This document shows positions 56,331 to 64,000 of a stretch of DNA of 64,000 nt, piece by piece. Position 1 is the first letter of the stretch. Each line of letters opens with the position of its first letter. This stretch comes from Octopus vulgaris (Eukaryota), in the NCBI GenBank assembly GCA_951406725.2, contig OX597818.1, positions 112,530,001-112,594,000 on the forward strand, written 5' to 3'. A model generated the notes under the pieces. The model was given only the letters and a program-made list of their open reading frames with translations, did not search any database and was not told where the DNA came from. A program made the translations under genes and the position numbers.

Positions 56331-56465
56331 AGATTCGACAGCTGTTTCTGGAGACGTAATAGTTGTCACAATATCAGATGGAAAGTGCAAAAAGTCAAGA
56401 ATACTAAAACAATGGCGGATGTATATAAGCATTACCGTAAATATGGACTCCGTCTTCAGGCTGGA
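56331..56465 (-). ncRNA. Degenerate hammerhead-like motif with a ~95-nt loop II
   Basis: Reverse complement reads CTGAAGA-C-GGAG...CTCC-A-GAA-ACAGCTGT-C (GUC site); stem I is imperfect. Confidence 0.45.
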
Positions 56466-56903
56466 AGGATTGGCGTCTTACGTTTACACGAATCATGGCC
56501 AGATGTAAGATAGATCGCTTTCTATGACTATATTCAAAATGTTGTGAGAACGAAACTACCAAGGAAGATCGTCAGTAAGTTCAATCCGCAATAAACTGTT
56601 GCTTTTAGTCATATACGCGTGTAAGCTATTGAAACTCTTCTCGTATCACCATCTACGTATATATGTTGATGTAGAATTCTAATGAAATTCCCCTGTGTGA
56701 GGTTCCAATTCGTTTTCCGCTTATTAATGATATCGAGCACGTAAACAACTACTTTCAAATTAACCGAAAAAGCTTTCAGCTAAGATAATGATAATTATGA
56801 TGGAATATCTTCTGACGTTGTCTAAGAATTATAATATACGTGCATTTGGATGCTAATATTTTCCTCTCTGAAATTATCGTATGCATTGCAAATCTCCCTC
56901 TAA

Positions 56904-56988
<85 letters not shown>

Positions 56989-56997
56989 TATATATAC

Positions 56998-57049
<52 letters not shown>

Positions 57050-57445
57050 ATACATATATATACATAAACACACACACATATATATATATATATACATACA
57101 TAAGCATATATATATATGTGTGTGTGTATGTGTGTGTGTATGTGTGTGTGTATATAGCTAGATACATATATAGATAGAGATAGAGAGAGTGGGGGGAAAT
57201 TGATAGATGGCTAGAAAGATAGATAGTGATAAATGCGTGTGTGTATGTATGTGCATGTGTCTGTTTCTGCGTTTGCCCACCAACCAGCACGCATTAACCG
57301 GTGTATTTACGTATCCGTCAGCTAGCGGTTCGGTAAAAGAACCGTTTGAATAAGTACCGGGAACGATTCATTCGATTAAATTTCTTCAAGCCGGTACCCA
57401 ACAATAGCCGTAGTCTAATGACTGAAACCTGTCAAAAAGAAAAGA

Positions 57446-57485
<40 letters not shown>

Positions 57486-57504
57486 AAACAAGTAAAAATA
57501 GAAA

Positions 57505-57541
57505 ATGCCGGTTTCGGTCATTTTGAGACCTTTTCAACTGT
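57505..57541 (-). ncRNA. Hammerhead-like motif with U3:A8 core in the PLE 3' region (3' part decayed)
   Basis: Reverse complement reads ACAG-TTGAAAA-GGTC(TCAAAAT)GACC-GAA-ACCGG-CA. Confidence 0.6.
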
Positions 57542-57889
57542 AACGATTAAATAATTAAATTTAGAAAAATTAAAAGAAAAGTTTTTTTAAAGGAATATTT
57601 GTATAGTGTTCAAATATAAGTGGCATTCTGCCTTTCTCTGTCTCCCTTGTTTGCACTTGTGTGTTCGAGGTCGTTGTGAATTCTTGGTAGGGTAGAAGAA
57701 GAAGGTTGATGAGGAGAGGGGTGGAAAAATTTGGGAGTGCCTTGATTGTCGTATTTTGAATGGTCAGTGGCGGCTAGCAGTTGCAGTTCAATTCAGGAGA
57801 ATATTTCTATTGAATGGTTTGTTTATGGAATTTGCGTAGGTGTTATACTAAAAAGCATTAGTGATAAAGTTAAGAGGTAGAAGGTGGAG

Positions 57890-58090
57890 CAGAAGAAGAA
57901 GAAGAAGAAGAAGAAGAAGAAGAAGAAGAAGATGACGATGTTGATGATGATAATGATGATGATGATGATGATGAAGAAGAAGAAGGAGTAGGAGAAGAAG
58001 ATGATGATGATGGTGATGATGGTGATGATGATGACGACGATGATGATGATAATGATGATGATGAAGAAGAGGAGGAAGAAGAAGAAAAAA
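57890..58090. repeat. (GAA)n/(GAT)n trinucleotide tract inside the PLE
   Basis: Directly visible. Confidence 0.95.
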
Positions 58091-59561
58091 GAGAAGGGAG
58101 AATATGAATGAGTGGAAGTAGTGAGGTGTTGTATGACTTGAAGTTGGCACGTTATGGATTATAGCTGTGATTGTGGCTGATTTGTAATGGATTCTTTGGA
58201 ATGTAATATTTGCGTGTGTATTTCTGTTATTCTAAAGCCGAGGTGTATTAATCTTTTGTCGTAAACCCGTTAAGAAGTGGCCTGTATTTTGTAATAAAGA
58301 GAGTTTCTTTACTTATTCGTTGTCTCGAAGTTGTATCGTCCCTACATTGGTAGAGGGGGGGGGAATCCTGAAGCCTGGTGTTTTGTTGTTGGCGCAAGTA
58401 TCTATGTGTTGGCTGAAAGCTATTTTTCTGTTTTGGGGAGTTTTTATCTGGGACTATTTTTTGTTTGGCCTATGTACTGCTCTTGATACCCAGAGCAGGT
58501 TAGTGTGTATATCAGGTTCTCCGAAGCACATGTGAAGTTGCTTTTCACTGTAAACCGTTGTCCCTGTTTGAAGGAGAACTCTGATCCCTCAATTAGATAA
58601 TCGCATATCCCGCAATTGGGTCTTCCACATTTTTTTACTGTCGGCTTCTGTGTTGAAGAGTGTATTCGGGCTTGTGTTAGGAGACTTTTCATAGATTTAG
58701 GCTGTCTCTTGCTTTTTATAATCGTCTGTGTTTAGAGGATTGTGTTCATTCTGTGGTCTTTTTTTAGGAGGGGTATGTTGTGGAGGATGGTGCCGAAGGC
58801 TTCCTTATTGAGAGGGTTGTGTGTGGAGATGTATGGTAAGGCTTTTGATCGTAAGTTTTTCTTTGATTTGGGATGTCTCAGTTCCTTGATGTTGAATGCA
58901 CATGTCAATAAGTGAAGGTGGGTAGTTCCTGGTGATAAGGGTATCTTTTAGTTCTTGTAGTCGTGTGTCTCTGGTGTTTGCATTAGAAACTATAGTGCAT
59001 ATCCTTTTTGCTAGATTGAAGGGGATATTCATCCTCGTGTGTCTGGGGTGGCATGAATTAAATGGAAGATAGTGCTTAGATCTGTAGGCTTATAATATAT
59101 ATCTGTTTCTATTACATTATTAGCTTTCTTAAGGAGGATATCGAGGAAGGGGAGTTGTTGCTGTCTATATTCCATCGTGAATTGGATGTTTACGTCCAGT
59201 CCGTTTAAAATTTCTTGGAATTCTTTGAGTTTCTCTATATTTTCATGCCAAAGAATGAAACAGTCATCTAGATATCTCTTCCAGTTGTTTTCTATATATA
59301 TATATATATATATGCTTCCTATGCGAACGTCTATGCAGTTTGTGTTGTACAAGTGAACTAGTGTTTTCATGTGTAACCAACTACCGTCACCGCCACCTAA
59401 TTGTATTTATTGCTTTGTTTCATTTTCTTGATTCTTTTCATTTTCTACCTTCTTGTTTTTTCCGCATATGAGATTTTATTACTCATTTATCTATATTAAG
59501 TATCAAATATCCCCACTTTTGTGCCCGCTCTGCTCACATACCTTAATGACATTATAATATA

Positions 59562-59978
59562 GGCGCAGGAGTGGCTGTGTGGTAAGTAGCTTGCTTACCA
59601 ACCACATGGTTCCGGGTTCAGTCCCACTGCGTGGCACCTTGGGCAAGTGTCATCTGCTATAGTCCCGGGCCGACCAAAGCCTTGTGAGTGGATTTGGTAG
59701 ACGGAAACTGAAAGAAGCCCGTCGTATATATGTATATATATATGTGTGTGCATGTAAATTGTGTGTCTGTGTTTGTCCCCCTAGCATTGCTTGGCAACCG
59801 ATGCTGGTGTGTTTATGTCCCCGTCACCTAGCGGTTCGGCAAAACAGACCGATAGAATAAGTACTGGGCTTACAATGAATAAGTCCTGGGGTCGAGTTGC
59901 TCGATTAAAGGCGGTGCTCCAGCATAGCCGCAGTCAAAATGACTGAAACAAGTAAAAGAGTAAAAGAGTAAAGAGTAA
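59562..59978 (+). mobile_element. SINE family B, full length
   Basis: tRNA-like head (TGGCTGTGTGG, GGTTCAGTCCC), CORE-like CCTTGGGCAAGTG, internal microsatellite, CR1-like 3' end and (AGTAAAAG)n tail. Confidence 0.9.
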
Positions 59979-60505
59979 ATATATTGTCGGGGAAAGCAAA
60001 AATTTGTGTATGCAGATAACGAGATGAAACTCGCTTAGGTAACAGTAACTCAGGTATAATTTTGGCCCAATATCGATTCTATTTTCCATTATCGTATTTT
60101 GATCCTTCTATTAGCCAAGACATATTTTTGCCCACTTTTTTTAGTGCAGAATACTTTTTAAACCAAACTGTGGTATACACCTGATGAGAAAAGCATTCCC
60201 AGCGTCTACAAGGCTTTTGGAATATTACGTAGAATGCTTCAGATGTGCTTTTGAGAGAGTTGTAGTACTCGATTACGTCTTCCAACCATTTTATCTACTG
60301 CTTTCATATAAAAATGGCGTTTTAGAGCACATGCCATCGAAATTTCCTATCTAATCTCTATACAGGATGAAATGTATCGCTGCATTGATTAATAGATGTT
60401 GTTTGTCAAGTATCGAGTCATCTCCAATTTTTAAGCAAGCCGTGCGTTTATGATAGTGACTAACGATCTGTATTTTACCATGATGTCTCGACTGATCCTC
60501 CCATA

Positions 60506-60552
<47 letters not shown>

Positions 60553-60964
60553 GCTTGCATACACATATTCGTAATAAACCCCCTTAAACCTTGATTAAAA
60601 TTATATCTGCAGATGGAAAACGGTGCTTTATAAATATTAAATGTTATTCTTGTTTTGGTAATTTTGTAGGCGTTAATGTTGTCCGTGTTGTTAATTATGT
60701 ATTTCCGATTCGGCCAAACTTAACTTTAAGCAAAAGGATTATAGAGTTGGTAGTCATTCCTGGTCTGGCATAGAGTGCACCGAGCAGCTTGATCAGTTTT
60801 TCACCTCCCATATTTTGGAAAGGATAAGAATGGAGAATAATGCAAGTTGATCGAACGGCCGGTGGCAATATTACATATTGTTAATATTCAATGTTAGAGA
60901 AGTGGAATGATGAAAATGAATAAATAAATATATGAATTTATGAGATTCTGATATACACTATAAT

Positions 60965-61105
60965 AAGTAGCTAGCTTATCAACGAGATGGTTCCGGACTC
61001 ACCCCTACTGTGTGGCACGTTGGGAAGTGCCAAAGCCTTGTCAGTGGATTTGGTAGACGGAAACTTAAAGAAGCCCGTCTTATATGTATATATAAGTATA
61101 TATAA

Positions 61106-61151
<46 letters not shown>

Positions 61152-61242
61152 ATATATGTATATATGTATATACATATATATATATGTAGATGTATATATA
61201 TATGTATATATAAGTATATATATATATATATGTGTGTGTATG

Positions 61243-61301
<59 letters not shown>

Positions 61302-61749
61302 GTATATATGTATATACATATATATATATGTATATATATATATATATGGAATGGAAGCACTCCGTCGGTTATGACGATGAGGGTTCCAGTTGATCCGAAT
61401 CAACGGAACAGCCTGCTCGTGAAATTAACGTGTAAGTGGCTGAGCACTCCACAGATACGTGCACACTTAACGTAGTTCTCGGGGATATTCAGCGTGACAC
61501 AGACAGTGACAAGGCCGGCCCCTTGAAATACAGGTACAACAGAAACAGGAAGTAAGAGTGAGACAAAGTTGTGGTGAAAGAGTACAGCAGGGATCACCAC
61601 CATCCCCTGCCGGAGCCTCGTGGAGCTTTTAGGTGTTTTCGCTCAATAAACACTCACAACGCCCGGTCTGGGAATCGAAACCACGATCCTATGACCGCGA
61701 GTCCGCTGACGTAACCACTGGGCCATTGCGCTTCCAGATATATATATAT

Positions 61750-61795
<46 letters not shown>

Positions 61796-62010
61796 CGTGT
61801 GTGTGTGTGTATGCATATGTTTGTGTGTCTGTATCTGTCCAGGCCAACATCGCCTGACGACCGATGCTGGTGTGTTCATGTCCCCGTCACTTAATTGTTC
61901 CGCAAGAGAAGTCGATAGAATAAGTACTAGACTTGCAAAGAATAAGTCCTGGGTTAGATTTGCTTCACTAGAGGCGGTGTTCCAGCATGGCCACAGTCTA
62001 ATGACTGAAA
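60965..62010 (+). mobile_element. SINE family B with a nested family C SINE
   Basis: Head at 60965-61080, tail at 61795-62010, with microsatellite and SINE C between them. Confidence 0.8.
61357..61735 (-). mobile_element. SINE family C, full length
   Basis: Matches the reverse complement of 53232-53601. Confidence 0.9.
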
Positions 62011-62187
62011 GAAACGAGAGAAAAAATAATACAAAAATGAAGGACATTACGATGCTTTAAAAGCAAATCAGGCGTAAATAGAAACAAAAGTCTAAATAAA
62101 ATATTCTGCGTTCATAAAAAATGTCGCAGCGCACGAAATATCGCCATAAATAATTTATATGTAAATAAGATTATGAAAGATGTCCAG

Positions 62188-62249
<62 letters not shown>

Positions 62250-62253
<4 letters not shown>

Positions 62254-62622
62254 CATATAGAATATGTTCTGTCTGTCTGTGTGTGTGTCGTCAAGGATCT
62301 CGGGCATCGTCCATTCGATTGCGCTCAAATTTGATCTGTAGATACCGACGGTATCTTGACAAAATTACAAAAATCGATTCCAGATGAGAATACGATCGAT
62401 AAAGCCGTGGGAAGGTGCATTTTTACGCGCAAGTACATCAGCTGTTGCGATAGATACTACGCGTACGCGAGAAAAATGCAAGTGCAGTTTGCGCAAAAAT
62501 TAGCCGGCTGGCTTGAAACAATACCACAAAATGGGACGGTCGGACAAGTTGTTTTGAGAAAATTTAGTTTAAATGTTTGACAACTCAGCACCATCCATTG
62601 GACGGTGGGGGTCGTTTTGCTC

Positions 62623-62624
<2 letters not shown>
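62250..62624 (+). mobile_element. Probable non-autonomous Helitron
   Basis: (TCTG)n/(TG)n near the 5' end; subterminal hairpin CACCATCC/GGACGGTG at 62589-62607, about 12 nt before CTCGT (cf. CTAGT); no TSD or TIR seen. Confidence 0.45.
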
Positions 62625-62702
<78 letters not shown>

Positions 62703-63751
62703 ATATATATGCACAGACAAGCAGACACACGTGCAAGTATGTATAACACATATATTATGCATATATATGCACATATGCGTGTATATCAGCTTATGTATAA
62801 GCCAATGTATGAATGCCTATGAGAATACATATACACATTCGCACATTTATATATGCGATGTGTGTGCATGTGTGCGTATGCGTAAGTTGTGATATACATA
62901 TATATATATACACTCGCGCATATATATATGTATATATATACATATATATGTAAATATACGTACACACTCATATGTACAGTCACACACATATGCATGTATG
63001 TATACACATCTATATTATGCATATATATAAATATATGCGTGTATATATTTGTATGTATATTTCGATATGCATACATTTATAGATGTACATATGATGTTAT
63101 CCGCACATACAGATATTGATATATATATATACACGCTCACACGGACTCAGGTACGAAAACACGCACATGTGCAGACAGCGACACGCACACGTGTGCATAT
63201 AAATATCCATAAGTGTATTTATGTTTCCGAAGATGAATATGAACGTAGGAAACTGTATATACAACGCTGTACAATCAGGCGTACGATTGTTCGTGCTTAA
63301 TTTTGTATCGGATGATTTATGGCTCCTAAAACGATAGAATCTAATCAAAATTTATCACCTAATTTTCTTTATCCTTTTCCATTATTTATTTCTAGCAATT
63401 TGTTTTCTTCTTTCATTGTTGACGTGTTTTATTTTTATATTCATAATTTTTTCTCTCAATCATGTTAGTAATGTTGATATATTGGATATGAATGATGAAA
63501 GTGGATTCTGAAAAAAATATATATATATGTGTGTATAAATGGATGTATAAAAATACAAGTAAAATTATCTTCTAACTAGGACTTTATTAGCTGTAAATAT
63601 CAGCACACAAAGCCAGTGAATTCATTACACCTTGTGATAAATTTTAATCATTGTTTCAAGGAGACATACAAAAACGATGTAACACAGACAGGTAGAAGTG
63701 CACAGAGACACACAAGCTGCAACATACACACAAAACATACTTAAATACATG

Positions 63752-63811
<60 letters not shown>

Positions 63812-64000
63812 TGTGTACATGTATGGATATGACTGTTTTCATGTGAATATTTAAGCATACATACAGAGCGAATTGTCCCCTATATAAGGAGACACACAAG
63901 CATTCATATAATAGCTTATTGTTTATTTACATTTTTTAATGGAACCTATATTTCATTATTATGTGTTGTATTTTTCAAGTAAGTGATTTTCTGCTACATT

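Larger units (their letters stand above)
57482..59292 (-). mobile_element. 5'-truncated Penelope-like element (RT C-terminus/thumb, Cys-rich linker, GIY-YIG endonuclease), frameshifted
   Basis: Motifs WKRYLDDCF, QFTME..LPFLDI, TDIYYKPTD, IPFNLAKRICTIVS, RNYP, KCGRPNCGIC, NLIYTLTC...YIGQT and C-terminal ETLFITKYRPLLN. Bounded by (TA)n on both sides. The Cys linker suggests the Neptune group. Confidence 0.92.

Noticed and set aside
60560-60800. Possible PLE 3' end (KPPLNLD-stop, then CTGCAGA)
   Set aside because: Too short and decayed to support from sequence alone.

Overview
AT-rich eukaryotic non-coding DNA saturated with (TA)n/(CA)n/(TCTA)n/(AAT)n microsatellites and transposon relics. The repeat landscape looks like an octopus or other coleoid cephalopod genome (inference). 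No host protein-coding exon is recognisable, and nearly all ORF-track entries are microsatellite or SINE read-throughs. Recognisable elements are: three CR1-group LINE fragments; R4/Dong-type and RTE fragments; a Penelope-like element (PLE) with RT and GIY-YIG remnants; two mariner derivatives; at least four tRNA-derived SINE families; and a probable non-autonomous Helitron. The main hidden signal is a set of hammerhead-ribozyme (HHR)-like motifs in unrelated non-coding elements, all in or beside (TA)n tracts. Two are young ~550-bp tandem/inverted arrays (8483-10324 and 12991-14164). Two motifs have a compensatory U3:A8 core, one of them at the 3' end of the coding PLE. A four-copy family carries the HHR strands in a non-canonical order with covarying stems. 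There is also a near-perfect ~760-bp palindrome at 29652-30410. All ribozyme calls come from manual motif and base-pair reading and are untested. Element boundaries are approximate.
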